DNA of 64,000 nucleotides from the NCBI RefSeq assembly GCF_030684315.1, contig NC_081369.1, forward strand, positions 13,306,035-13,370,034. The letters are read 5' to 3'. This stretch comes from Stegostoma tigrinum. Its lineage: Eukaryota. This document shows, in pieces, positions 1-12,894 of this stretch. Below the pieces are notes generated by a model. That model was not told the DNA's origin. It searched no databases and saw nothing but the letters and a program-made list of their open reading frames with translations. The position numbers and the translations under genes were made by a program. The first letter of the stretch is position 1, and each line of letters starts with the position of its first letter.

Positions 1-830
1 ACCATTGGGCTGCGGGGTTCCCAAACAGAATATGAGTTGCTGTTCCTGCAACCTTCGGGTGGCATCATTGTGGCACTGCAGAAGGCCCAGGATGGGCATG
101 TCGTCCAAGGAATGGGAGGGGGAGTTAAAATGGTTCGCGACTGGGAGGTGCAGCTGTTGATTGCAAACCGAGCTTAGGTATTTCTGCAAAGTGGTCCCCA
201 AGCCTCCACTTTTTTCTCCCCGATGTAGAGGCCATAACGGGTACAGCGGATGCAGTATACCACATTGGCAGATGTGCAGGTGAACCTCAGCTTGATGTGG
301 AAAGTCTTTTGGGGCCTGGGATGGGGGTGAGGGAGGTGGTGTGGGGGCAGGTGTAGCACTTCGGCAGGTGTAGCACTGTACGGGCAAGTGCCCAGTGTGG
401 TGGGGTTGGAGGGGAGCGTGGAGCGGACAAGGAGTCTTGGAGAGAATGGTCCCTCCGGAAAGCAGATAAGGGTGGGGAGGGAAAAATGTCTTTGGTGGTG
501 AGGTCGGATTGCAGATGGCGGGAGCGTCGGAGAATGATGTGTTGGATCTGGAGGTTGGTGGGGTGGTATGTGAGGACGAGGGGGATTCTCTTTTGGTTGT
601 TATTGTGGGAACAGGGTGTGAGGGATGAGTTGCGGGAAATTCGGGAGACACGGTCGAGGGTGCTCTCGGCCACTGAGGTGGGGGGTGGCGGGGGCGGTTG
701 CGATCCTTGAAAAACGAGGACATCTGAGATGTACGGGAGTGGAATGCCTCATCCTGGGAGCAGATGCAGTAGAGGCAAAGGAATTGGGAATAGGGGATGA
801 CATTTTTGCAGGGAGATGGGTGGGCGGAGG
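1..830 (-). mobile_element. Penelope-like element fragment (RT C-terminus/GIY-YIG region), inverted arm
   Basis: The minus frames give RIPLVLTYHP and FTCTSANVVYCIRC..GLYIGE (GIY-YIG). The sequence is closely similar to 62853-64000. Confidence 0.85.
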
Positions 831-844
831 TGGGTTTGAAATTG

Positions 845-2200
845 AAATGAGGCCAGACACCAACTCTCCGACAACACCTCATACCGTCCCCTGGATCATG
901 ACCCCATCCCCGAGCACCAAACCATCATCTCCCAAACCATCCACCTCATCAACTCAGGTGACCTCCCACCCACAGCCTCTAACATTATCGTTCCCCAACC
1001 CCGCACCACCCGCTCTATCTCTTTCCCAAAATCCACAAACCCGCCTGCGCTGGTCGACCCATTGTCTCCGCCTGCTCCTGCCCCAAACTCATCTCCACCT
1101 ATCTGGACTCCATTTTCTCCCCTTTGGTCCAGGAACTCCCTATCTACGTCTGTGACATCACCCACACCCTCCACCTCCTCCAGAACTTCCAATTCCCCAG
1201 TCCCCAACACCTCAATTTTACTGTGGACATCCAGTCCCTATACACCTGCATTCCCCATACAGATGGCCTAAAGGCCCTCCGCTTCAACAACTTCTCTTTC
1301 AATTCCTCCCACTTCCTACAGACAAAGGGGGTGGCCATGGGCACCCACATGGGCCCACAATATGCCTCCCTCTTTCTAAGAGATGTGGAACAATCCCTCT
1401 TCTGTACCCATACTGGCCCTAAAACCCACATCTTCCTCCATTACATTGATGACTGTATCAGCGCTGCCTTCCACAAGGAGCTCGAACAGTTCATCCACTT
1501 CAACACCTTCCACTCGAACCTTAAGTTCACCTGGACCATTTCCAATACTTTCCTCACCTTCCTGGACGCACCTCCCAGTCACAAACCATTTCAACTCCCC
1601 CTCCCGTTCCTCAGGCGACATGTCCATCCTGGGCCTCCTGCAGTGCCGCAATGATGCCACCCACAGGTTGCAGGAACAGCAACTCATATTCCGCTTGGGA
1701 ACCCTGCAGCCCAATGGTATCAATGTGGGCTTCACAAGCTTCAAAATCTCCCCTCCCCCTATCGCATCCCAAAACCAGCCCAGCTCGTCCCCGCCTCCCT
1801 AACCTGTTCTTCCTCCCACCTATCCCCACATCCCACCACAAGCCGCAGCCCGAATTCCTACCCACTAACCTCATCCCGCCCCGTTGGCCTGTCCATCCAC
1901 CCTGGGCTGACCTATCTTCTCCCTATCTCCCCACCTACACTCACCTTTACTGGCTCCATCCCCGCCTCTTCAACTTGTCTGTCTCCTCTCCACCTATCTT
2001 CTCTTCTATCCATCTTCAATCCGCCTCCCCCTCTCTCCCTATTTATTTCAGAACCCTCTTCCCCTCCCCCATTTCTGAAGAAGGGTCTAGGCCTGAAACG
2101 GCAGCCTTCCTGCCCCTAAGATGCTGCTTGGCCTGCTGTGTTCATCCAGCTCCACACCTTGTTACCTCGGATTCTCCAGCATCTGCAGTTCCTATTATCT
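845..2200 (+). mobile_element. Penelope-like element fragment (RT, internally deleted) ending in 3' terminal repeat
   Basis: RT motifs DIQSLYTCIP, QTKGVAMGTHMGPQYA and LHYIDDC are present, then EQQLIFRLGTLQPNGIN. It ends in the tail ctgaagaagggtctaggcctgaaacg...ctccagcatctgcagttcctattatc, which is shared with many copies in the window. Confidence 0.88.
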
Positions 2201-2201
2201 A

Positions 2202-5200
2202 GGGTGTTAGGTGAGTTGCTTCTACAAACAATTCACCTATGTGGCCAGTAAAGAAGCCAGACAGGAGTTGGTGACTTAATTATCAAGAACTAAATATGGT
2301 AACACCTTTAAAGGTATCCAGTGTGGCTACTAGCCTTGAAACCATGATTAAATACCGTCAATCTGTACAGTAGTTTACAGGGCTGGCTAAGAGTAATGGA
2401 TTTTGGTCAATCCCCTTGACAAAGCAGCGCAGTATAAACGTGCATTTACCTTCATGGGACAGCAATATGTGCGGACAGCTTTGCCGTAGGGATTTCACAA
2501 CTCCCCATCAATATTTCATCAACGGTTAAGCAATGGGTTGGGGGACTTTTCTAGGCCAGAGTGCCTGATACAATACGTTGATGGTTTGCTTTTGCAAACA
2601 GGAACCAAACAGGAGCATTACCAGCTCTTGAATGAGTTTATGCAATTTCTTAAGGAGCCTGGGTTAAAAGTGAATCTGAAAAAAGGCTCAGATAATGAGG
2701 CAGCAAGTGAGTTACTTCGGATGGTGTTAACACCAGGAAAAAGACAGATAGACAAAAAACAAATTTAAACAGCAGCCAGACTTCTTATCCCCACAGATAT
2801 GAATGGATTAACATCATCTTTTGGTTTGACTGTGTACTGTAGAGTCCATATTATGGTGTTACCACAACTGATGTTACCTAGAAAAACACCCCATGGGAAT
2901 GGAAGCCAGAATGCACACAAGCAATAAAAGCTTTGAAACAGAGTTTGGCAAGTGCTCCTGTCCTAAAAACCCCCAAGTATAGTGGACCTCTCTCTGTGGG
3001 GGTGGCTTCAACAGGGTCCACAACATCAGTGGTCTTATTGCAACAGATACACAGTCAATCCAGACCAGTGGCCTACGCCTTGTGCATGCTCACACCAGTA
3101 GAGAAGGGGGTACATAGCATACGAAAAGTATTTTCTCGCGCTGTTGTGGGTGGTACAACATTTATCCACATTGTAAAGTTGACAATTTTGATGAAATGTC
3201 CATCCAGCAGCATCTGAATGGTGTATGTATTAATGAGGGCGCAGTGAACCAAAACAGAACTGGTAGATTGACCCTGTTCTTACAAGGGAGAAACATGGAG
3301 GTAAAAAGGGGTTAAAACTACTACCATGTAGCAGGTAACATGTGGTGTCCCCTGGTAAATTTAGAGTGCCCAGTGGTAAGAGCAGAAGACCCCAAGGGAC
3401 CATACGTATCAAAACAAAAAGGAAGGAATACTGATAAGAACAACACAGGGAATACCCAAGAGAATGGAATGGCCTCTGGAAATCTAGTAGACACATCTAT
3501 TATGGTCAAATTCTTGATCTCGCAAGGAATTAAGGGCTATGGGAAGAGTGCAGGTAAGTGGAGTTGAAATGCCCATCAGCCATGATTAAATGGCGGAGTG
3601 GACTCGATGGGCCAAATGGCCTTACTTCCACTCCTATGTCTTATGGTCTTAAGTGGCAGACGGAGACAGAAATAAGAAAACTGCAATCGAATGACAAATA
3701 ACCCATAATTTTTATTGATGGCTCTTTATCTGTAGAGAATGGAGAACAGAAAACTAGTTCTGGGATCAAAATGGAAATTGAGCAAAGACGAGAATTGGTG
3801 GGTAAAGCCCTCAAACCAAAAACTATGAGGGTGCAAGCAACTGAGTTAGCAGCAGTGGCATTTGTAGTCAGCCACGGAGATAAATTCCACCCAGACGTAC
3901 TAAATATTCAGTCAGTATGTACATGTGCCACGGTCTGATACCTACCCTTATGGGAAGCTAGGGCCTTTGTGTCAGCAGATGGGAAGGCCCATTGGTACAT
4001 CTTTGAAAGGGCGAATGGGAAAGAATCCGGGGTGGTGAAAGCGAAAGCTCATTCTAAGTTATCACCAGTGGGAAATAGAAAGGCAGATGAATTGGCCAGA
4101 TGAGGGGGCAATGGCAGGAGAGAGAGAGAGAGGGAAGAGAGAAAGAATTGGCCTCAAAGGATTTAGCAGGAAAACAAAGAAATGATTAAAAAGTTACATA
4201 AAATATTAGAAGGGAAGGAGTCAGAGGAATAGGAGGAACAAAAAGGCTTACACATAAAAAGGGGTGTAGCATTGTGTGAAGGGAAATTTAATACTAGATA
4301 GAGAAAGGAATCAGATGATTTATAGGTATCATGACATGTATCAACACCAAGAGTTGCAAACCACCTTAGAGATGAAAGAGGTACTTTGCTAGCCACGAAC
4401 GAAAGGGGATGTGGAACATTATGTGAAAAAGTTGTTTGGTATGGGCCCAAAATGACCTTGATAGAAATGTGAAGGGAGGCCTTAGACCCACAAGGCCAAG
4501 AGAGGGGCCCTAGACAAATGTACAGATTGGCTTTGTGGGTCCCCTACTCCCAACTACTGGAGGATGTAAGTACATCCTGGTGATAGTAGATATCTTCACC
4601 AAATGGGTAGAGGCGTTTCCCACTTGAACTGCAATCACTGAAATCCTGATGCAGGTCCTGTTAGAAAAGGTTTTCACACATTGGGGTTTGCCAAGGAGTG
4701 TTGAATGAGATCAAGGGATACATTTTACAGCCCAGGTGACACAGAATGTCATGGCACTGCTAGGAATAAAATAAAGGTTCCATATATCCTGCAAGCCCCA
4801 ATCCAGTTGAAAGGATTAAATCGAACTTTGAAGAATAGGTTGGCCAAAATGGTGTAGCCGCACCAGACCACTTGGATGACAATGCTTCCTTATGTCCTGA
4901 TTATAATAAGATAAACTGCAGCATCCTCTACAGGGTTTAGCCCTTATAAGGTTGATGACGGATCGAGAGATGCATGGCCTGGAGTCACTGCGAGGATTAG
5001 ATCTATCTGAGCCAGAAGTAGACGGAATAACGAAAGATAGGTGGGTACAACAGCTGGTTAAAAATGCAGAAGTGAATTATATCGGCGCAAATAATAATGG
5101 ATAGGGAGAAATAAAAAAGTAAGGCCCATTTTGATTCCAAGAAAAAGCCAATGGAACTGCAGTGGTGCAACAGGTAATAAAAACACCCTTCCTGGCCCCT

Positions 5201-5328
5201 AGGTTTGCATGACCATATGCAGTGATTGACAAACAAGCCCATCAGTATACACAACGGTAACAGCCCCGAAAAACAGTGGCTGGTATCATATTAACCAGTT
5301 AAAATTATTTGGAGGGGGTGCGGAATAA
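2202..5328 (+). pseudogene. pol: Decayed pol of a retrovirus-like LTR element (RT, degenerate RNase H, second RNase H, integrase)
   Basis: Manual translation across stops and frameshifts gives NSPMWPVKKPDRSW*, FTFMGQQY..LP*GFHNSP, QYVDGLLL and LASAPVL..RPVAY. Second RNase H: IIFIDGS (~3705), QATELAAV, VKAKAHS, GNRKADELA. Integrase: KYILVIVDIFTKWVEAFP (~4570-4620), DQGIHFT and WYHINQLK, with stop at 5326-5328. Confidence 0.9.
3507..3650 (+). mobile_element. CR1 LINE 3' tail inserted in the pol gene
   Basis: Nearly identical to the reverse complement of 26805-26945. It ends cctatgtcttatggtctt. Confidence 0.85.
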
Positions 5329-5387
5329 TTATCATCATTTACACATAACGTTGGAAGAATGTTATGTCCCAGAGTTAGGAAACTTTT

Positions 5388-5725
5388 TATAGAATCCCTA
5401 AAGTATGGAAGCAGGCCATTTGGCTCATCGAGTCCACACCAATCTTCTGACCAACATCACACCCAGACCCTCTCCCTGCCTATCCCCTGTAACCCTGCAT
5501 TTCCCATGACTAATCCAGCTAGCCTGCACATTCCTGAACATTATGGGCAACTTCTCATGGCCAATCCACCAAACCTGTACATCTTTGGACTGTGGGAGGA
5601 AACTGGATCAAACCCACGCAGACATGGCCACGTGCAAACTCAACATGGACAGTCTCCCGAGGTTGAAATCAAAACTGAATCCCTGGCAACATGAGGCAGC
5701 AATGCCAACCATTGAGCCATTATTC
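5388..5725 (-). mobile_element. HE1-like tRNA-derived SINE (diverged)
   Basis: The core atctttggactgtgggaggaaac..cccacgcagaca..gtgcaaact is shared with the copies at 28.8, 43.4 and 61 kb. Confidence 0.8.
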
Positions 5726-6526
5726 TGTCTGACTTAGAGTGGGACAAGTTTTGGAATCCACCCCCAGGTGATCATGGGACCAGAACAACCACAGCAAAAA
5801 TGTAGATCCAGCAGATGCACCACTATCTCCCAACCTTCAGTGTCAGATGGACTCCTGAGATTCACCAATGCAAACAGAAACAAAGGCAAAAGAGAAAGAG
5901 AAACGCAATAGGTGGAATATCCATCCTCCAAACAAAATGGGCGAGGGGAAGGAATGGCAGGCTGGAACCAGCTCTTGAAGTACATGAATTGGCGGAGTGA
6001 GGAGATGTGCACTATATATACAGTTAAAGATACAGAATAAACTGTAAATAAGACCAGAAACTATGCTAATTTGTAGTAAGTTAAGACAACTTGATAAAAT
6101 ACAGGAAGAGACAAACATGGGAGAATTGATGGTTATCTTGCTTGGAATTGCGATTAGTGTAACCGCAGGATATGCAGCTGATGGATTTGTATTATGGAGG
6201 GAAAGGGATGGCAACAATTCAGTGCAAGTGTAAAACTTTGAATCTTCAAACAAATGTCATGGCAACAACAGTGTGTTGGGATGAGATGTGGATCTTTTTA
6301 AAATCGAGTTTTGGGACCCACCCCTTTCTTCAGGCAACACCTCTGCCAGGCAAAGAGAGGGTGATACTTTTTATGTGGTCTAAGTCAAAAATAAGCCTTA
6401 AAGGTCAGAGACCTGCGGTATTTGACGACTCAGTTGAGTGGATTAGAGTATAGCGTAAGCCCGAACTTACCACAAGCCAAATGTGGCCTTGGTGGATGGG
6501 AACAGTTTGGATACAATAAAAAAAAA

Positions 6527-7160
6527 ACAAAACAGAAGTATGGCACAGGAACAGGCCATTCGGCCATCCAAGCCTGTGCTGATCATCATGCCCTGACATC
6601 TGACCTTATTCGGTCGATATCCCTCTATTCCCTCCCTATTCGTGGATCCATCCAGGTGCCTCTAAAATGTCAATGAGCTACATTCACAACATCCTCTGGC
6701 AGCAGATTCTAGGCTCCTACCACACTCTGCGTGACAACTTCCCTCACACATCTCTCTTAAGCTTTTGCCCTCTCACCTTCAATCTGTGCCTCCTTGTAAC
6801 TGAAACTCCAACCCTGGGAAAAAGCTTCCGACTATCCACCCAATCTATGCCTCTCATAATTTTGTAGATCTCTATCAGGTTTACACTCAGCCACTGTCTT
6901 TCCAGTGAAAACAATCGTCGTATTTTTAACCTTTCCTCATTGCCAATGCCCAAGACCAGGCAACATCCTGGTGAACCTTCTCTGCCCACCCCAAATCCCA
7001 TGTGATTTTAGTTTTTGTACCAATCTGCAACGTCGGCTTTAGTAAGGCATTTGATAAAGTCCATATAAACTGCATCCACAGCTCTTCCCTCATCTTTGTC
7101 ATCTCTTTAAAAAAATTCAAATCAGATTGGCGAGACATGGCCTTCCCCATACAAAGCCAT
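6527..7160 (-). mobile_element. CR1 LINE 3' fragment
   Basis: The minus ORF reads LFSLERQWL..LIEIYKIMRGID..KLFPRVG..TRRHRLKVRG, typical of the CR1 ORF2 C-terminus. Confidence 0.85.
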
Positions 7161-7370
7161 GTTCCCTGTTGCTGGCTCGTTGATTTTCTTCTGAACGTGC
7201 ATATATCCTGTCCCTCAGTATTTTCTCCAAGAGCTACCACATCACAGATAATACATGGATAGGTGCCATGAGCGAGGACGTTTCATACTGTACAGAGATA
7301 GCTCATCAACTACCACCATCATGACCCCCAGAACCATCTCAGAGCCACAGTGTAGCAAATCAGAGATACA

Positions 7371-7587
7371 AGGAACTGCTGACGCTGGAGAATCCGAGAT
7401 AATAAGGAGTACAGCTGGATGAACACAGCAGTCCCAGCAGCACCAGAGGAGCAGGAAAGCTGACGTTCCAAGTTGAAACCCTTCTATAGAAAATCTGAAA
7501 AAGGGTCTCGACCTGAAACATCAGCTTTCCTGCTCCTCTGTGGCTACTTGGCCTGCTGTGTTCATCCAGCTCTACACCTTGTTATCG
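7371..7587. repeat. Penelope-tail inverted-repeat (hairpin) insertion
   Basis: Two oppositely oriented tail copies, flanked by the duplication gagatacaagga (7363-7374, 7588-7599). Confidence 0.8.
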
Positions 7588-9472
7588 GAGATACAAGGAC
7601 AGTAGGGTTAGTTTCAAAGGAAATGAAAGCCGTAGTTACTATAGTACCAGGATACAGATATGTACAGGTAGTGTTTAACCTGACAGATATATAGGTGCTA
7701 TCCTGGTACGATGACACAACCTGGCAGCTCTTTGATCATCTACTCCAAATACAGCTTAGTTGTAGTTAATTCGCATCAGAATGGAGAAGGAAGGGAAGTG
7801 GGTTGATAAGAGTTAATGGGAGCAGGCTGTGTGTCGGGGTGACCACTGTTAACACCCTGGACATAGCATAAATGGATACACAGTTAAGTTCCCTTCAGGA
7901 AAATATGAGGATAATGGTCAGCCAAGAATACCATGATCAAGAAAAGACAGGTAATATAGCAGGGCAAGCGGCAAAGGGAGCCCTAGGCACCATCAAAATG
8001 TTAAGACCCCTTCAAGTTATTACCAAAAAAGGTTAGATAGGATAGTTCAGGAGTTGATTCGCAGTAATCAATCAGCATTATGTTCAACATATACTACCCA
8101 GCTCCTGTCTATGATTAGCACAAATACGTTGCAATTAGATGCTGACAGACTGGGCGTTGGAGGAGTAACTGAAGACATGGCTGGGGGAGAAGATGCCCCT
8201 CTGTCACCTCAGAAGCCTCACTCTCTCCAACTAGGTCTTGGGCATCTGTGACGATAGTAAATGTCAGCTTTACATTGGTGCAGTGCATTATATCCCCAAA
8301 CATAGGGACAATCTGACACACCCACTAAGGTGAGTTCATAATACCATGAAGGAACTCGGGTATCATTAAGTAACCCACTAACCCATGCTATAGTTCTTGA
8401 CAGATCAAAAAGGAGGGGGTGTGGATTTGTCCCATGTGGGGAAAACTACCGGGCAATCAAAGAAGGGCTAATTCCGTGTGGATCTGCCTCTTAGGAGAAC
8501 TGCTCATTGGTTATTTACTGGCAGGATGGACAAACCTTTCTTAAGGATGCCTTAGTGGGAGACAACGACTATGTTGCCACGCAGCCTCGGATAACAAAAA
8601 AAGGAAGGACATGGTGCATCCTGGATGGACAGAGTGTGGCTGTCAGCATTATCTCTTCTGACTTAACCTTTAGCCACCAAATTCTGTTTAACCAGAACCC
8701 AACGAGAAACTGCTCATAATCCTACCCATCCAAATGATTCAGACGAAAATTTACAGTGGTACATAGTTATGGAACTTGCACCAATTCCACACTTCACCAC
8801 AGGCTTTCGAGGCAAAGGAAGTTATCCATAAATGGGCTGCAAACAACAAGGAGATTAGAACTCACACAGAAGAGGTGGAAAGATAAGACTCCAAGCTTCT
8901 GGTGCAAAACTGGAATGGGAAGTGAACACTTAAGTCCATCTGTGGATCAGAATTGTGTCTTGTGATGGTTGTACTGTAATTCGTCATACTCATTGTTGTA
9001 ACAGTCTTGTTTGTTAAAACGGAACATAATGAAATGGAAGAGACTGACAGGCATTGGTCTCAGAAATTAAAAGATAGCTCGTTTTGAAGAGGGTTTGTAA
9101 CGGTTGCTTAATATAGGCTAAGAATAACCTAGATAAAGCTAGCTTATGGTATTACTTTTTTTAAACTATGCGTTTGTATCATTTGTATTGATATTAAGCA
9201 TATCTTGCAAGACGCGGAAAGCATATAACAATGTATTTGCCATGGAACAAAAGGAAAATCACTAAGATATTATAACTGATTTGTAACTTTGTTTACATTT
9301 ATGACTATGGCTTGTTAAGTATAATGATCTAAATTGCAGTTCAAATAACAAATGTGGTAATGTTTTACTACGAATACATCACTGAGGAGGCAATGCTCAC
9401 CACTGTCTGGAGGATACAGCAAACCCAATAAGGACAATCCTCAGGTAAATCTTTGGATCAAAAGAGGGGAGA

Positions 9473-9919
9473 TGTTGGATAAGGCTGGAGATAACAGGAA
9501 CTGATGAGACTTTACAATGGGCTGTTTTGGGAGTGGAATTACACTGAGTCTCTCAGGTCAGCCATGAGCCAAGATTGCAGGAAATCACTAACTGCTGTTT
9601 CTGCCAAATCAGGTATAGACTTGGAAGAGACCTGTGTAAAAAGAGCCTAAGAATACTTTGTTCTGCAGAACTTCAAAGAATAATGCTGCAGGAGGCATCT
9701 ACACCAAGAGGCATAGTGAAGAAGTCAAGCAGAGTTTCAGCCTGAACAACAGGTAATAATGTTTGGGGCTAGTTACAGAAACGAGGGTAGTCAAAGTCGG
9801 CAACGGAGATATCTCTATAAGTGTTGTTTGCTTAAATAATGAATAAATCAACCGCATTTTATAGAGCTCTAATAATCTCCACTGTATCTTTGTCTATGTG
9901 TATACTGTTATATACAACG
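9473..9919 (+). mobile_element. 3' LTR of the retrovirus-like element, preceded by a polypurine tract
   Basis: PPT aaaagaggggaga (9460-9472) is followed by TGTTGGATA. AATAAA lies at 9842-9847. The end TATACAACG approximates the inverted complement of the start (TATCCAACA). Confidence 0.7.
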
Positions 9920-10319
9920 TTCTAACTTGCCATTCTTCACTATTGCCTCCTTAAGAGCATCGTGGAGCAAATCTGCTCCAAGGACTGCCCCAGGTCAAGG
10001 AGTGTGCTTATCACCACCTCCTCTAGGATGACATAGGGAAGGGATGTTAACAAATACCACAGCTTCTGAGCAGTGACTCTTTGGCATACTTAGTTGTCAA
10101 AATGTCCAATTAAATCATTACGAAAACTAAACCATAAGCCATTTTGAATTTTCCCACACAAGTTGTCTGCTCAAATTCATACAATACAAATTTAATTCAA
10201 CTTGAAGTTATAAGGAAAATATCATGGCATATTCAAGTATTTAAAGTTTCCATATTTAAATCAAGCACATGCGTGCCATTGTAATGGCCATTGGGGGTCA
10301 AATGAAGAGACCCAAGATG

Positions 10320-10665
10320 GACTGCCCTTAAATCAAGGCAACATTTGATCAGCTGTGACAACAAAAGGCCCTATCAATATTGAAATCAATAAGAGGCAGA
10401 GAGAAAACTCTCTGCTGGGTGGAGTCATTTCTAACACAAAAGTCGATGGTTCAGGTTGTTGGAGGTCTAGCCTGTCATCTCCAGGGCATCTCTGCAGGAG
10501 TTTCTCAGGTTAGTGTCCTAACCCAACCATCTTCAACTGTTGGAATGACCCTCCCTCCATCATAAGGTCAGAAGTAGGATGTTCTCTGATGTCTGCATGA
10601 TGTTCAGCGCTATTCATGACTCCTGATATTGAAGCAATCAAGGCAAAAAGCAGCAAGAACCTGAC
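10320..10665 (+). mobile_element. Old CR1/L2-group LINE RT fragment (second LINE family)
   Basis: TLCWVESFLTQKSMVQVVGG..ISAGVSQ. Same family as 21690-23195. Confidence 0.7.
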
Positions 10666-12243
10666 AGATCTTTGGCATAAATGTAAAATATGGTATTAAA
10701 ATGGAACCGGATCCATCAATTGCTGCTACATATCAGCTTGTCTGAATGATGACTCACTCTTATGTGAAGTTAGTTCACAACCAATGTCATCACAAAGGAT
10801 ATCAAATATTTCACTAAAATTGACCTCTTGGTGAGAGTGGCAAATCAAGTATTTAGTTTCGCAACACCTTGGGAAAGGTCCGATGGTGCACACGAGTTCT
10901 CCATCTGTTCTGACTTTGCTTCCCATAAGTTTGAAATAATGAACTTTAGACTCGAAATACTGGAGCTTCATTGACTGTATTTCTCAGCTCTGCATGTGGC
11001 TGCTGGGCCAATAGACTGACGCATTATTATTTGGCACCCTGAACTGTATATTCACTCACCCATCAGTTCCTAGCTCTCTACAAAATCCCCCTCACCATTT
11101 GTTTTTCAGTTCTCCATCCAAAGGCAGTTCTGAACCACAGTGTCACAACCACCATAGACAGGTAAATGAGAGGGGCATGGAATCCACCCCGGCCAGAGTG
11201 GGAATCAAACCCTGAGCTCTGGTGTATATTGAGTAGGCTGCCTGAGAATTGCCTTGGAGGGCAGTATTCAACAATGCAGGGATTGAACTCCATACTGTTG
11301 GTACCAACCTGACCATCCAGCCAACTGACTGCTAAGAATTCTGAGTAGTCACGGCAACTTTTGTATTGAATTTTGGAGCAATGGATGATCATAGTAAAAT
11401 CTCCAATTATATATGGATAACCAGGAATCATTTCCATCATTACCATAATGTCATTGGCATGAGCTGGAACCATTTATCAGTGGATAGTCAGCCTGCTTAT
11501 GTCACATTGTAACCTCACCCTCCTTGGCCATCAGGTCTACAAAGTGGCATTTGAATCTGGAGTTTCTGGTTCAGATATAGCATCACTATCTGATGAGCCA
11601 TAAGATATTTAAAATCATCTTTCATGTGCCAATAACTCTTCCTTGAGAAAGATCAATTCATGTGGGCAGGAAAATACCTCCACATTCTAATACCAAATGC
11701 CATTGTCAAAGCAGATTTGTCATTCACAAAATAATTTCAAGCTGAGTTAGAGAGATCCCCATTGCAAACAGACATCCATTTAGCATTGGCTCACGACCTT
11801 TTGAGATTGTTTGTGGAAAGGACTGGACGTTTTTGGAGCTTATGGTCAACACTGCCTCTTTTTCCCTGACACCATTGATGACCAGTACATTCTTTTGACA
11901 TGGTGAACCTGCTTTCTTGATGAGTAGACAGTATCAACGTCATTGGACTCAATCCCAATTAGGTTGGCAATTGGAGAGCTTGCAAACTATAGAGGAAAAA
12001 CTAATCTTGCAGCATTTCCAACTTGTAGCATCCAGTGAGTTAGTATTTAACTGGATAGACAATAAAAAAGTAGGTGCGTACATCCAGCAAAACAAAAAAG
12101 TCTTGTTTCCATTCTCTCAATGTATGATTGATTGGAAAAAGCAATAGCCAAATGCAAATGTGATCAAATAGACACGTTAGTGTGCAACTAACTGTATTAT
12201 TGAATACAAGTCAATCAGTCCTGAAAGCATCTCACTCCAAATG

Positions 12244-12468
12244 GATAATAAAATGTGAGGCTGGATGAACACAGCAGGCCAAGCAGCATCTCAGGAGCAC
12301 AAAAGCTGACGTTTCGGGCCTAGACCCTTCATCAGAGAGGTCTCTGATGAAGGGTCTAGGCCCGAAACGTCAGCTTTTGTGCTCCTGAGATGCTGCTTGG
12401 CCTGCTGTGTTCATCCAGCCTCACATTTTATTATCTTGGAATCTCCAGCATCTGCAGTTCCCATTATC
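12244..12468. repeat. Perfect 95-bp-arm Penelope-tail palindrome with hammerhead cores
   Basis: 12244-12338 is the exact reverse complement of 12341-12435. The right arm has a ~33-nt extension. TSD tctcactccaaatgga at 12230-12245 and 12469-12484. The core CTGATGA..GAAACGTC is at 12344-12371. Confidence 0.92.
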
Positions 12469-12894
12469 TCTCACTCCAAATGGAGTTCATTCTGAATAGC
12501 TACTTTTGGACTAGTACTGTTAAGGACAATAAATTATGACTCTGCAATCACACTCACACTTTTGGGTGCTATCTACAGTGAATGAGTTACTACGGTGCAT
12601 AAGAAATGTGCAAGGAACATTTCCACCTGTACATGTAAGATTAAAGATACACCAGTATCAAGTTCAGAGTAAGTCTGCATTCTACCAATTTCTATTCATC
12701 CAGCAATTCTGTGACGTGCCATTTAAATGGAGTCATATTGGACTTGAAGCATTAGCTATTTCACACTCCATGGATGCTGCCAGACTGCTGAGATTCTCTG
12801 TCACTTTGTTTTTCTCTTTCAGATCGCCAGCATCTGTAATATGTTGTTCCAGTATCATATTTAAGTTGGTTTAATTGAACAATTTTCTCACAAG

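Larger units (their letters stand above)
6117..9070 (+). pseudogene. env: Decayed env-like gene of the retrovirus-like element, interrupted by CR1 and Penelope insertions
   Basis: Signal-peptide-like start MGELMVILLGIAISVTAG at 6117. Basic site RRKG (7785-7796) is followed in frame by ..GVTTVNTLDI and a heptad-like segment. A hydrophobic TM-like stretch WIRIVS..VMVVL*FVILIVVTVLFV lies at ~8943-9015. The region sits between integrase and the PPT/LTR. Confidence 0.6.

Noticed and set aside
10726-10971. 81-aa minus ORF as a possible TRADD exon
   Set aside because: No resemblance to the TRADD N-domain or death domain that I can recognise.
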